A program made the translations under genes and the position numbers. Source: Styela clava (lineage: Eukaryota). Taken from it: DNA of 64,000 bases. Where the stretch lies: NCBI RefSeq assembly GCF_964204865.1, contig NC_135254.1:10726001-10790000 (forward strand). Direction: 5' to 3'. Below are positions 13,201 to 27,409 of this stretch, piece by piece (position 1 is the stretch's first letter; the number at the start of each line of letters is the position of its first letter). Under the pieces are notes generated by a model that worked only from the letters and a program-made list of their open reading frames with translations, ran no database searches and had not been told where the DNA came from.

Positions 13201-14535
13201 GCAAAGTATAAATAGTAATAATATGACATTATTGAAACTTTTGAACATTTCCAGAATCTTTCCTACACTCATAACTAATCAAAAGTTGCTAGTTTTGTCC
13301 GAGATACATATGATAAAATTCAGCTGACAGGTTTTGTTCAATTTTCTTCCATCAAAAACAGAAAGTTCTGCTGGCAGTAAATAAATGATATTGTGCAACT
13401 GATTTCTTCAATAAACATAATTTATCTAGTTGAATCTAAAGCATTGGACCTAGATAACCCAATTCTCATTTTCCGTAGAAGAATTTGCCCAAAGAAAAGT
13501 TATAGTCGCACTCACTCGGAATAGGAGATACTCGTATCTTGATTAAAATACGAGGAGTGTAATCTGAAGTAAGGTATTTTGATTTTTGATGGTGCAACAT
13601 ACACTATAGCGAATATCTGTTATATCGAAGTCAATGGCATTAAAATATATAAATAGTTATTTGCATAAAAAGGACATTTTCCACAAATTAAGTATACATT
13701 TATTGCAAACAGAGTTTGTTACCGATTAATCGTTGACAGACAAATCCAGTTGGTGCATTCGCAGCGCATTCGGAGTCATACCACGGTAGATTTGCATGAT
13801 ACGCATGCCACCACCCCATAGCAACACAATGTTCAAGTGGATAACTAGAAGGTTCTCCTGTGTTCCAATTAGTGTAGGTTATTTCTGAATTGTCCTTCCA
13901 TTTGAAGATATTGCTTGTGCCAACTTCCTTCAATCCAATATAAAATCCATATGGTGTTCCTGTAGAAAATAAAATGCTTTGGCGTAATAGAACGTTTTGT
14001 CGTGTGTAATATTTGTTGTGTGGCTGGTTGGGGCTGTTGGACATAATTGAATACATGTGCAAATATACGAAGACTGACGAATTAGAAATATTACGAATTC
14101 AATTAAACAAACGTATGAATGATTCTTGCGCAAATACCAAAACATTTTTATGACTGTGATGGTAAATAACCTTGAGCAAATTCATTTGGAGATTTTGGGT
14201 AAAACGTAAAATGTCCTATTTACCTGAGGTAGCTGAGACTTGATTTTGAATAAACGTTTGAATTTTGCTAGTTTTTATCATTGCCATCTCGCCATCATTG
14301 TTTTTACAGAATAATTTACCATCAGCATTTGATTTTAAATCTCCTTTTCCAGATACGTAGTATTGGTAACTCCCAAGTGCATTCCACTCACCTCTACCTT
14401 GTCGCAAAAATAAACAGTTTATGAATAAGCACATAATTTGAAAGACGTGATGACATATAATATATACCAACCTGCGCTAAGGACGGCAATCGTCCTAGCA
14501 ACTAATCCAATGTATATTAAAAATTTCTCTCTCAT
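4289..14535 (-). CDS. Receptor A1: SP-(CTLD-TSP1)x3-mucin-TM-Tyr-rich activating-type tail, ~819 aa, 15 coding exons
   Basis: Exons 14535-14472 (SP), 14397-14224 + 13959-13723 (CTLD1, EPS/WYD), 13095-12965 (TSP1), 12448-12382 (linker), 11965-11792 + 11420-11166 (CTLD2, EPN), 9134-9004 (TSP1), 8474-8408 (linker), 7990-7817 + 6607-6353 (CTLD3, EPN), 5927-5800 (TSP1), 5405-5192 (Thr-rich), 4971-4866 (TM ILLVAIISSIVTLILAAILFGIVLLI-RKCR), 4571-4289 (tail). All introns are GT-AG with compatible phases; total 2460 nt, no internal stop seen. Confidence 0.88.
6628..7453. mobile_element. Non-autonomous DNA transposon (MITE), TA target duplication
   Basis: TIR tcgtcacgctaataaccgaattgcgtaagtcattttt at both ends with TA on each side. 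The empty site catatcata|ttgtttt is in the paralogous intron near 11440. Confidence 0.9.
10655..10865 (+). mobile_element. tRNA-derived SINE-like element
   Basis: Pol III B-box GGTTCGAATCC at 10694-10704 with an A-box-like motif upstream. GC-richer than the flanks. A second copy is on the opposite strand at ~56035-56245. Confidence 0.6.
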
Positions 14536-15824
14536 TTTCACTGCTAATTATCTAACATTCCTAACTTTTTTCATTAACATTCTAATTTGAATCCGAAAAT
14601 TAAAATAAAACAAGGATAATGTATATTCGCAAGCTAAAAACGTTGTCATCTTCTTCGTCACAAAAATGAGAAAATTCAAAAAAGTTTTTGGGTAAGAACT
14701 AGTATGGAATATTAACGACGTTTTCGATTTTCGATAAATCGATTGGATAGCACTACTAAATTTCTTTCAAAGCTAATAACACAACTGTATGCAATACTTA
14801 TGAATGAATGATTTGATTTCCCACAATAGCATTAAATATAGGTATTCAAAAACCTTCGATCTTATTTTCAGTACACTGCAAATAATTATCAAATTTCTAG
14901 CCGCATTAATTTCAGTTTCGGAAGATTAATGCAGATGAAACCTTAATTCGACTTGCCAGGATGAAATCATAAGTAATATGATCTGACATTTCTTAATTAT
15001 ACAATAATTAGGTCTAATATGAGTAATGGAGTTAACATTTTTACACATGTAAAAATAAAGCGTTTGTGGGGGACAGAAAGAGTAAAACTTACTATCATGA
15101 GTGGGACGTTTCAATAACCTTTTAGTTACAAAGTTTTTGAAATGACAGCAAAGAGATGATTAATGACGAATATGCTGCAGAAGAAGATACCTATTACAAA
15201 GCTACTTAGCAATGTTATGACATTATTCAGTCACTTATGTTCGTGTTATATATTGAGCAAACCTTATTCATACAGAAACATAGTGGCATTTTAAAAAATG
15301 ACAAAACTCGGATATCAAAATGTAAAAATTATAACAGGGTTGGCCTAATGCTATTTAGTTGAGATTTGAACGAAACAATTAGTTTCTATTCTAAAAGAAT
15401 TAAAAATAATATCGTTTAGTGCCATTTCACACACATTTGGTTTTTCTAAATAAATAGTGAGTTGCGAAAATAAAATTGCAAAACTTCTAAATGCAAGTAT
15501 ATACAAGTGTTATAGTGATCACTGGCTCAGAGATATCTTTATGCGGTAATGTAATAAATAAGGATAAGTGTGCTCCTACATTTCATGAAAATGTCTTTTT
15601 ATGCATTATAATAAAACCGTTAAATTTGAGGTGAGATAGCGGGTCCTACAGGATTTAGAGGTAATGTGAAAGACATGATATATATAGACTATGGCATTCT
15701 TGCGGTTTTGCAATCTTCGGGTACTAAGAATCAGAAATCGATTAGTTGGAGTTCAATTACGATAAAATAGCCTATAGGTTCATCACTACAGCATCGACAA
15801 CAACAGTAATTTAGAAAAACGATT

Positions 15825-16698
15825 TATATGTCCATTTCGTGTTCACAATTTGCACGAGGCTCTATTGCATTCAAATAACCATTTTTGATTGTTACTGCAG
15901 ATTTCAAGATTAGACACCGGGCTGTCATCCTCTGTATGCCAACAACAAACGATAATGTTACTTGAGCATAGCGATCAATTAGACTTCTTTTGCCACAATG
16001 ACATATTCATCACCTTTAGGAACAGTAACTGTCCTTTGTATTCTATTCTGACTGCCGTGGTCTTATCAATTTCCTCATATACATCCTGTTCACATGATTT
16101 AAAACTTGGATTGACGGGTGTTTCAACCTTAATGTAGTCATCTTCAAGACTCCCTTCTTCAGCTAGACATTGACGGAGTGCGCTCGAGACTACTTTGATT
16201 GTTGATTCACTTTGTATTTCAGCGAAAATTTCGTTTCGACTATCCACAGGAGAATTTCTATCGTCTATTAATATTGGTATTGTAGGTAAAATCATATTCT
16301 TTATGACAAATTTATTCTTATTTGAAACATTGTTGAGACTTTCTTTAGTTCTCCGGGATTCTTCGGTCTCTGTAGATTTTTGCTCGTATTCTATTGCACT
16401 ATATGGCATAATATCATTTCCTTTTTTTATGCCTGTGGCTTTGGGTAAGGTCGGCAAAGTACTGCGCTACAATATTTTGATTATGCTACTATTTTTGGTC
16501 TTTCTTCTCATTGAATTTTGTTTTGTTAGGATAACTTCCGGCGGCAGTACAACCTATAATGACACAGTTTTCATTTCCGCCATTATTATTGGGTTCTCCA
16601 GTAAAACATTTTTCATAAGATTCAATCTCGCCATCAATCCACGCAAAGAAGTTATTTCTCACTTTTTGTAAACCAATAAAAAAGCCATATGGCATATC
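15825..16698 (-). pseudogene. Remnant of a third receptor class: half CTLD exon (EPN) fused directly to a Tyr-motif cytoplasmic exon
   Basis: Acceptor tgtacag| then MPYGFFIGL...WIDG...GEPNNNGGNENCVIIG, running out of frame into a hydrophilic tail-like ORF (PYSAI, DYIKV, VYEEI) with stops and frameshifts. Paralog at 31660-33790. Confidence 0.7.
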
Positions 16699-16805
16699 TG
16701 TACATTTTTGTTGTTAAGACTTCGTTGATTTTTACAGAAAATTGGTTAAATAAGAATAAACGTTTCACATTTTTAGATAAGGTAAGTATATTTTTAACAA
16801 ATAAA

Positions 16806-17303
16806 TTGGCTTACCATACGTCCCGCTTTAGGCGGGACAGTCCCGCTTTTCAGCGTTTTGTCCCGCCATCCCGATAAGTCTGCCAAAAGTCCCGCTTTTC
16901 CAGCATAATACACAAACATGTTCTCGTTACTGTTGTTTCTGTGTAGCGCAGCGCTAGCCTACTTACTGAAGGTGAATGCGTTCGTTTCCCGCTGATTCCC
17001 ATTGATGGCAGACGTATCGCATGTAAAACCAATACTAATTAGTCTCAATTCGAGTTATTTGTACCGGTATCGTTAACTTCAATTCCTTCCTATTTTTCGA
17101 ACTGAACCCGATATTTGGACAGAGAATATGCGCATGAAATTTCGATAACAATATGGTCAATAAAGACAGTCGAGACAGCTTCAAATGTAGGAATGTAGGC
17201 CTATGTAGTAAAATCGGAAAATGTGAAGTTATAAAATCACAGCTAAGGGGTCGTTGTCTTTCGAGGCGTCCCGATTTGAATACACAAAAATATGGTAACC
17301 CTA
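16806..17303. mobile_element. hAT-type MITE
   Basis: 8-bp TSD caaataaa (16798-16805, 17304-17311). Ends ttggcttaccata...tatggtaacccta. Absent from the paralogous site near 33935. Confidence 0.8.
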
Positions 17304-17541
17304 CAAATAAAATAAATACACCAAGTCGTAGACACAGCTTTGCTTGTTAAAGTTAATTCAAGCTAAATTAATATCCAATAATTCAGAAACTTCAGCTATC
17401 ATCTATCAGCTATATGAAAAAGTTTTCGTCACATTTTCAGAAATTTTATGTCAAACTTATTACTACGCATTTTTAATACTGAATGACGACTACACGAAAA
17501 ACACCAAGAAAGGAGTATTTGCTCAATGTCATAGTCTATAA

Positions 17542-18456
17542 CAGGGCTTCCCAAACTTTTGAGCTCGCGGCCCCTTTTAATATATTAAAATTTTTCGCGG
17601 CCCTTGTCCACGTTAAATAATGCCAAACAGTTCAAATTATGCATTTTTGATGTTTTATTGGCACAGCTAATTCTCGACTTTAACATGTCTACTCAATAAC
17701 AAAAACAAGCACATATTTATTCAGATTAACGATTCTCAATTATTCAGTGTAATGGGTACGAATACTTTTCGCTGCATATACAGGCCTAAATGGTGAATTA
17801 CAATGTCTGGCTACCGACGGCATGGTCCTTATCTCGAATTATTCACTCTTATTGATCAAACTTAGCATAAGGCAGCATTTTGTGCGACGCCAAATTATCA
17901 GGGAAAAAACTCATGGCGCACCTACACGACAAATATACTACCTCGGAACAAAACACAATTTTGTCATCGTTAATATGTACTTAATGTCTTTCTTTTTTTT
18001 TTTCTTTTTTCTATCTCTGCCTGGTTTTTCTTTAAAATGCTAAAAAAATCACTCAAAATTGATGAACTCGGTTTAGCAAATGAATAAACTGCAGCTTATA
18101 TGAAATTGCAGCATGTAGGGTTTATCTCTTATATTACGTAACAATAGACCCTACGTACAGAAAGTAAACACATAGAATGGCAAAATGACTTTGATTCATA
18201 AACACGTCATTTGAAACAATTAAACATTTAGAATAACTATGATATGTAATATGTTTTGAGGAGCACTCAGCAAAACGTCTTCGAAAACCGCTAGCTTAAC
18301 GATTAAAGCCGACATTGTTATGGAAACCGCAAACCGGGTTTCACGATCAGAATATGCATTGTTATGCAAGCGCCATCATTCTACCGTGTTTCTCCGAAGA
18401 TCAGACCAAGCCTGAATTTTAAAAAAGGATTTCAATATAAGCGCTCGCCTTTAATC
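17542..18456. mobile_element. Transposon-derived patch beginning with a hAT-like terminus (cagggcttcccaaactttt); other end not found
   Basis: Homology to the 34-36 kb paralog breaks at 17542 and resumes near 18457. No matching right TIR seen. Confidence 0.5.
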
Positions 18457-20573
18457 AGCTCAAATCGTTTTATCCAGCCTCCTACAAACCCTATCCAATC
18501 GTCTTATTTATTTCACAGACCTACAAAATATTGCATGTTCTGTTACTTCCCTGCATTGCCCTATTTTAAAGATATGACTTTAATCCTTCTCAGCGATTAA
18601 TGAACAGTATTTATGTATGCAAAATGGATATATTTTTTCAGTTTCATGAAGTTTAGACATCCCACTCGTTTACATTATTTGTTTTGACGTGTTTTATATA
18701 CGTGGTTTCTACATCACCACGCTTTCCTATTCTTGCTAATATACGAACATGCATGCAGCTATACGTTATGTTGTTTTGAGTCGATAAATTTATAACAAGA
18801 CATTTACACAATGTGAATTATATGAAAAAAAGATGGTGAAACTTATAGAGATCTTATAGTAAGTTTCTTATTGTTCACACTTGTTCTGGAATATGTAACA
18901 CCAAAGTAATCAATTGTATTGGTGGACAAGAGCCCTCTCCTAAATTTATTGTATGTTTTTCCACATATGTGACTTTTGGTTAAATACAACTATTATAAAA
19001 TTAAACTCAGTTACTTCGTAGCGCTATTCATAAATCGTGGTTGAGCCTAACAAATCTTGTAACATGGCCCTGATTAGGTAACAAAATTTTAGACAAATAA
19101 TGGCTGTGACCTCCAAGTCAAGAAGTTTGATTAAAATTCATATGAATTTACAATGAAAGCTATATATGTGAAGGTAAACTAGTAATATATATTTGCGAAA
19201 TGCGTTTTAAATTCAATGTTCGATAAAAAATAAATTCAAAGTAGTTAGTAAAATTCTCTGACCAAGTTTATTGCATATATATATTTGAATAAATGTCAAA
19301 TTCTAACAGGATTGTCAGCTCTACCACTAGAATCAGATGAAATTTAGTTTTGCATATTTCATACCTTTATTGCGAGATTTGATAGACAAAACGGAAAAGC
19401 TAGATTTGATAAAAATACCCATCGATTAAATAAAATTGGTAGTGTAAATATTTATATATTGGAATGAAATACTGTTACCATGACGAAAAAGGCAATGCTA
19501 TGCATGATTGAAAAGTATGGATTCAACTTTATTTATGGAATCTGTATATAAAATATAAAGCAGTATAAGGCAGAACAGCGTAACATATTCGAAAACTAAA
19601 AAATAGTCAAAATTTACGGTAAAAATAACTTGAAAAACCCTTCCAGATAACCAGACAAATGAATATTGTTCCCAATACATGTTTATATCATGGCATCAAA
19701 GTAGATATAGTTTGGTAAAGATTTTAACAACAAAGGCGTTTTGTCTAATAACCGATCCGGGTCCGATCTGTAAATAGTTAACCAAGTAATCATTGAAGTA
19801 ATCAAATGTTTCATTGAAGAAGAATATCATGACAATTTTCTAAGTTTCGTTCACACCTTCAATGAAAATAACGCTTTGGTAAAGCAGTTTGAATTGGATT
19901 GTTCAAATTCATAATTATTTTACAAAATCAATTAAAGTAAATTCATTGTGAATTTAACTTATATATTGGTACTATGCTGGCCTTTTTGTCAGTTTTCTTT
20001 TATAAATTGTCGACGATGGGGCGAAGTTGTTGAACCTTCATCATTCAATCAATTTAAAACAAGCTTCAAAATTACTATCGTAAAGTTTATTGGGATTAGA
20101 AAATACCTTTTCAAATAACAAAGCAGGAGCAGTTTATAATCAACCCGGGGCGCTCCAGAGGTGTGTGTACCAATATGGAAGTAGTTAATTTTGTTCGCCT
20201 ACTTTACATCAAGTTTTGTGAAGGTACTGAAACCTGTGGGCAGAGGGCATGTTAACTTGACTAACACAGACAATCCCAAGTTCGTAATACAACCAAAATA
20301 AAGGGAAATCGGGATAAAATTATGGCCTAACCCTAACCTGGTACACACCCTACGGAAGTAGCCAACCAGATGTATAATATATTAGATAATCAACAGTTAC
20401 CTCCAGAAGCAACATGGCTCGTAGTAAGCATTAGTAGGTTTATTTATCAGTCTGAACCTGTTTTTCTGCTACTAATCCAATAAATATGTGATATTGATTA
20501 TAGTTTAATTTAACTTTCCCATCCTTATTTATTATTGTCAATATTTGCATATGGATCATCGTTTACTTCAATG

Positions 20574-23500
20574 TCAGCCTTCGGCATCTCCCGTGACATC
20601 GGAATTCTGATCAGTTTCAGGTTTATTGACCGTTGCATAAGTTACTTCATTGAAGTTTGAAGAATCATCTTTTTTGGGTTTCTGTACAACAGCAAGGGTC
20701 ACTTTATTGTCGTCTCCATCTGAAGATATTTCCTTTTCATCAAAGAAGTTTTCTGATTGCGAAATTTTTTTAGAATCCTCAACATTGTGTTTTTGAACCG
20801 TTTCATAAACCACAGGGGAGTTCTCGTCAGGGAAACCAGAAACCTTAATTTTTTCACTCTTTTTTTGCTTATCAACAACAGCGTATTGAGTTTCTGATAC
20901 ATCTACCGCGTCCAAATCTTTTGAGGATTTGGATAACTTTTTCGATTTTGTCTTGATAACAGCAGTATATATAGCATTGTTGTTGCCTTCTGTGGTCACA
21001 TCGTTTATCTGATCTTGATGGTTATCGGCAATGGCGTAGAGGAAATCTTGCCCGTTTAATGAGTCAACTTGATCTTCGGGTAAAAGAGAATTATTGTCTG
21101 CCTGTTCATCAGATTTTACAAACGTCTGATAACGAAGAGTTTCCGTATTTTGAGAATTGTCTCGACTAGATACTACATCTTCGGGATCTATAGCAGTAAA
21201 ACATGTTAGTGATATATAATAATGTAACACCTTATCTTGTTTTATGCTTCTCTGTGTAGTATTCCTATATGCTTTATATTCTCAATATATTTCCACAAAA
21301 TCACTGTTTTTCCTATTAGTCATATAGTTCAAATAAGATAATCATATGGTGCACATAGAAATGAGCATTCCTTTTTGTTTGTCATACATTTACTAGCATG
21401 TGGTAGACAGTAAAGTATAGGAATTCATCAACCCAGATACAATACGTTGACGTAATACTTTAAAGGAAGTTACATTAACTTACGATCTGACATTAGATCC
21501 CTCGGATTGAGATGATCTTCAATTTCCAACCCATGATTGTAATTGCCAAGCTCTGCTGTGTTTATGATTCCTTGTCCTCTTCTGAAAGCAAAACTTTAGA
21601 TTATATACATTCCATGTAAAATGAGTGAACCCTTAAAAGAATATTTGGTATTTGTTCACTATTCATAAGAGATATAATGTCATAATGTGGGATATATTAC
21701 CTTTTTTTGAGTTGCTTTGAAAGTATATAAACAATGATAAGCGCTAAAAGAAGAAATCCGCCGATAGTTCCCACGACTGGTCCGATGATTGATGTTTGTG
21801 CAGCGGGTGTAGATGGACGAAGAATACCAACCGTCGAAATGTCAGGAATTTCTGTGTGAGATAATATAAGAATTAATATATATGATCAGAAATTTGATTT
21901 AATACATTATGTTCATTTAGACAAGCCAACACATTTTCGCGAGCTGAAATTGAATGTAAAATTTTTTGCAACGCGTTGCTTGTTGATTGCTACTATATTC
22001 TGAATTGGTAATGACTGTAGAATTCTGCTCAAAGCATGTAATGTCGTACCTGCGAATGAAGAAGAAGTGCCTTGCAAGTTAAAGGTTGCGTTTGTCACAA
22101 CATACACACCGGCAGTCATGGTAGTCATTGCGTCGGAGGGTTCTTCGTTTGTGGGCGAGGTGGTTAACTCACTAGCAGTCGTAGTTAATGGAAATGTTGT
22201 TTCCGCAACAGTAGTCGTATAACAACTTGGGTCTTTTGTACAATTTGCAGTCTGTATTTTGTAATCAAGTTGTTTACATTATAGAGTCGCAATCGCGTTG
22301 CTCAATTTATTTGTACCCCTTTGTGATGTCGCATCGAGACGTTTCTAGACTTGCCGAAGTCGGCGAGCATCTTTGATTAAGATATGCGCCGTTTGTAACT
22401 GTAATTCCTAGATTATGGTTGTAAATGCAGTAGGTTGCGTATGACTTAGTTCAGTTACCGTGACCATTAGATTTTGTTTTTAGTTGTTTAGGGCTATTGC
22501 ATTTAGAATAGTTATATGTTTATGATGGAATAGGAATTATAGCTCCACTGAATATCCCTTATTGTTATTTATTTGCAGTTAAGTTACTTATCTTAATTGT
22601 GATTTAAGTTGTTCACTTTTGTAAAACCCGTTAGGGTACTCATTACCCGTTACGATACTAGATACCCATTACCCCGGTTTGGACGTATCGTATTTGTTAT
22701 CAAGACGTTATCTACACCTGCAAGTTACCTATATGTTTACTGTCATTATTTCTGGATTTGATGATTAACTTTCGACATTAACATTTAAAGTTCTGTGGAA
22801 CCTTTTCAATATAAGTTTCAAAGCAATTCAGATTGTTTGACAGTGTGGAACTGGGGAGGGATTTTGCAAGGTTCAACTAAGATCGTATCAAATTATTATT
22901 GTTTGCCGAGCAAAAGGTTCGGGGTCTACAGTACGCTAAAGTCAAACGCTAGAACTCTAGTCCAAATATCCAACACCGGCTGGCAAAATATTTGAGTCCC
23001 ACCACTGGTCATATATATATATGTAAAACAATTTTACTTCAAACTGTGATGTCGTATCGTTGCAAGCGTATGGACCAATTCTTCCGCTGTCAACACAAGT
23101 TCGGTTTCGCTGCCTCATTCCCGGGCATTCACAACTTCCCCAAGACTCCCATGATTCCCAATTCCAGCCTGCAGAAACATGCAGATTAAAATAATAGTTA
23201 TATATTTTACAACCGAGTATTTCGAAGCTATATGATATCAGTAAATTAAAATCAAGATGAACTGTTAATACATTATGAGCGGTAGAAAAAATAGCATAGC
23301 TGTGCAAAGTATGAATAGCGATGAGATGACATTATGAAAATTCTAAAACATTATCAAAATCTTTCCTGCACTCATGTCTCATAGCTAATCAAAAAAAGTT
23401 TTGTACTGAATATTTTAGATAAAATTTAGCTGACAGGTTTTTGGCGGTTTTATCGAAAACTGAGAATTCTTCTGACAGTAATTTAATGATATTGCGCAAC

Positions 23501-24925
23501 TGCTTTCTCTAATAAACATAATTTATCCAGTTAAATTTGAAACATCTGACCCAGTTAACCCAATTCTCATTTTTTTTGTAGGAGAATTTACTCAAAGAAA
23601 AGTCAGTCGCAATCACTCGTAAAATGTAAACTAGTGTCTGATTAAAATGCGGGCAGTCACAGAGATGCCAAGTGCTACTGAAATCAAACGGTATTTTGTT
23701 GGTGCAATAAGCAACAGCGAATACCTGATGATGTGATACTTTAAGCACTTTAAATCAATGCTATAATAAACTACGAGGCAGTAAACATGGCATGAATAAA
23801 ATTTACTAAATTGGAGTCAAATGTCATTAAAATATATAAACATTTATTTATATAAAGAAATAGGAATTGAGTGGCAAATTTAGTATACATTTATTACAAA
23901 CAAAGTTTTATACCGATTACTCGTTGACAGACAAATCCAGTTGGCGAATTCGCAGCGCAACTGACGTCATACCACGGTAGATTTGCATGATACGCGTTAA
24001 ACCACCCCATAGCAACACAAGGTTCAGGTTTATCACTAGACGGTTCTCCTGAGTTCCAGTTAGTGTAAGTTAGTTCCGAATTGTCATTCCATATGAAGGT
24101 ATTGTTTGTGCCAACTTCTTTCAATCCAATATAAAATCCATAGGGTTGTCCTGTAGACAATAAAATGCTTTAGAGCAGAATTTCCCAAACTTAGCTTAAT
24201 TGAGCAGTAAAAAGCATTAATGACGTGTGTGTTGCTACATAGATGAAACATTATCCTTCCTCATCCTTTCTCCTGGTTAGACACATAAATTGATTCGGCA
24301 TACGATAGGGGTCCGACAAAACTAAGATTCACAAATAGGGGTACGCGACCTAAAAAGTTTGGGAAACCCTGCTTCAGATTAATGGAAAGTTATGTAAGGT
24401 TGTATGTAAACAAGGCTGATTAGGACTGTTGGACATAATTGAAAACAGGTGCAAATATGTAAAGACTGTCGAATTAAAAATTGTCACACAAACGTATTGA
24501 GAATTCTAACACAAATTCCGAAACGCTTGAACAAAGATAAAGACCATAATGTTAAATAACCTTAAACAAATTCATTTCGGGATTTGGGGTAAAACGTGAA
24601 ATGTCCTGTTTACCTGAGGTAGCTGAGACTTGATTCTGAATAAATGTTTGAATCTCGCTAGTTTTTATCATTGCCATCTCACCATCATTGTTTTTACAGA
24701 ATGTTTCGCCATCAGCATATGGTTTTATATCATCTTTTCCAGATACGTAGTATTGGTAACTTCCAAATGCATTCCACTCACCTCTATCTGGTCGCCAAAA
24801 TAAAGAGTTTGTGAATAAGCACATAATATGAAAGACCGGATGATATATGATATATACCAACCTGCGCTAACGACGGCAACCATCCAAGCAAATATCCCAA
24901 CGAATATCAAAAATTTGTCTTTCAT
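20574..24925 (-). CDS. Receptor I1: SP-CTLD-TSP1-mucin-TM-ITIM/ITSM tail, ~556 aa
   Basis: Exons 24925-24862, 24787-24614, 24150-23914, 23168-23038, 22251-22050, 21851-21701 (TM IIGPVVGTIGGFLLLALIIVYIL-SKQLKKR), 21581-21484, 21187-20574. GT-AG, phases compatible, 1671 nt. Tail motifs AIYTAV, TQYAVV, VVYETV, VTYATV. Confidence 0.85.
22322..22783. mobile_element. Possible solo LTR
   Basis: TGT...ACA ends with an imperfect terminal inverted repeat (tgtgatgtcg / cgacattaaca), ~460 bp, absent from paralog I2. No TSD found. Confidence 0.4.
24176..24371. mobile_element. hAT-type MITE in intron 2, shared by both inhibitory-type genes
   Basis: Ends cagaatttcccaaactt...aagtttgggaaaccctg with a degenerate 8-bp TSD (ctttagag/cttcagat). 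Matching copy at 44171-44356; absent from A1, A2 and the 30-kb pseudogene. Confidence 0.75.
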
Positions 24926-27278
24926 TTCCGCGGTTAATATCTAACATTTCTAACTTTCCCCATAACGTTCTAATTTACATCCAAAAATTGAAATAAAACC
25001 AGGTTGATATATACCAGATAGGGAAACTATCTACATAAACTTTCCCTGACAATATTAAAATAGCAAAAGCTATGAATATATTAGATACCACTACTAAATT
25101 TCTTCAAAGCTTATAATACAATGCATAATACTTTAAGCAATACTTAGAAATGAATGATTTGAATGCCCACAATAGCATTAAGTATAATTATTCGAAAACC
25201 TTCGATATTGTTTTTAGTACACCGCAAATAAGAATCATATTTCTAGCCGCATTACTTTCATTATCAGAAGAGTGATGCAAATAAGACCTTAATTCGACTT
25301 GTCGGGATGAAATCATAAGCAATATGATCTGACAATTCTTACCTTACAATAACTAAGTCTAATATGAGTAATGAAGTTAATAAAGATAACATTTTTATAG
25401 AATACAGAATGAAACTTCCTATTACGAGTGGGATGTTTCAATAACCTCCTAGTCACAACATTTTTGAAATTACAGCAAAGAGATGATTAATGACGGATAT
25501 GCTTCAGAAGAAATACCTATTACAAGACTGATTAGCATTGTTATGCGGTATTCTCTAGTTACTTATGTTTATGTCATGTATAAAGCAATCCTTATTCATA
25601 CAGAAACATAGCGATATTTTAAAAAATGAAGCACTCAGATATCAAAATTTAACAATTAGAACGGAAGAGGATTGGCCTATTTAGTTGAGATTTGAAAGCA
25701 ACAATTGTTTCTTTCCTAAAATTAAATATCTGTTTCATATTTTAATATATGAATTGTTTCTAATATTGGACGAGTTTTTTAATAAGAAATCCTTGATTCT
25801 GGTTTCAGCAATCAACTCAAATTATTCGCTTATGTTGAAAATGATATTTCGATCATATTCTGTTTGTTTTTGTAGTATAAGCAACAATAACTATAATAAA
25901 GTAAATAATATTTATTTCACTACTGACACATGAATAACAGACGGAAAGAATGAATGAATTGTATTGTTTGCTACATTGATTGGCTCATTGGTTGCGTTTT
26001 CCGTTTTGGCTTCTACTACAGAAGCCATACGATAACCATTACTATGGCCTTCTTACTAAGGAAATGCATGTCGAGAAAACAACAACGGAGAATATGACTA
26101 ATCTAAGCAGAACGAAATTGGAAATTATATAAACAACAACTATTAAAGTCATAAATAAATATCATGACAACTTTATAAGCAAAGTCTGGTAAAGCGATGA
26201 ATATTGTGGGCTATACTAGAGTTTTAACCTAATAAAAGTTTAGTAATCTCTTGTGACTGACTGCTGTGCTATCGTAAATGGCAGAAGGATTATTTAACCA
26301 TTATTAAAAATACACTTGATATTTGTAGAAAAACTATTCATTCATAAAATAATAAATCCATGAAATCAAATCAATTGCGTTTTGTGGAACAAAGAAAAAA
26401 TAATCATAAAATTCTGAAATTTTGTTGAAATAAATGAACGATTGTTGATAAATGAGATGAATTCAGGTTTTAAGTTACACAAGAAAAAATTTAAATTATA
26501 TGTAACAACATGATTTCTCGAATATCATTTTTTTCCTAAGGGGTGTAATTAGACACTTTTATTTTCCATTGCAGAAATGAGTGTAACATTACGATGATGA
26601 CTTGTGCAACAAACACTAGTTTCTGAAAGTAGAAGTGTGAGCTACATATTTAGTGACGACTTGTGTTTATTTTTTATGTGTATGTGACTCGTCCAATTTT
26701 ATAGAATTTGAGCCAGTTTTGGGGAAAGTTTAACGAAATTTGATTCAAAATTTACGATTATATATTGTAAACTGTATTTTAGAGATACACTAAAATAACT
26801 GTTAACATTCTGGTATTTGCGAAGATGATTCACTGGAATAATTAGTCATAAAAAACGAACCTTGGTGATCCCCTCGCATTTAATTGATCATAGTATAGTT
26901 AAAGATATGAGCATTTCGCACTGTGACTAAATATCCCCAATCGAAATTAGTACAGCGATACCAAGCAGTGATATGTAAATGGGGCATTGGCGTATGTATC
27001 AAGCGCACGTATTTAACTTATCTATTATACATATGCCTGAAATTATACATATTTTAAATTTCAATAAAATATGAATAAATTAATATACTAGTGGCAGAAG
27101 TAACTGAATGTCAAGTATTTATCAATTCTTTGGAACAAGTTTCTTTAAAATGTTTTGGTATTTTTATTATTCATTTTGTTTAACACGTTTTTCAGAGCTA
27201 ATCATTTTTACTGCTAGTTACATCCGCAAAGCATTACAATCTATATTTGAATTTTGTCAGCTTATATGATTCAGAAGA

Positions 27279-27342
27279 ATGAGAATCGAATTATTATTTT
27301 TGTTGGTTCTTCCTCAATATCCGAGGCCTCTGAACGCAACAG
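27279..27342 (+). pseudogene. Truncated VWA gene copy: signal-peptide exon only
   Basis: MRIELLFLLVLPQYPRPLNAT|gt matches exon 1 at 47325-47388. Homology ends at ggtata (~27409), where the foldback element starts. Confidence 0.8.
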
Positions 27343-27409
27343 GTATTATTTCATTATTATGACTTTTTTTAGAAAATTTACTGAAAATAAGGTTACTCAT
27401 ACAGGTATA

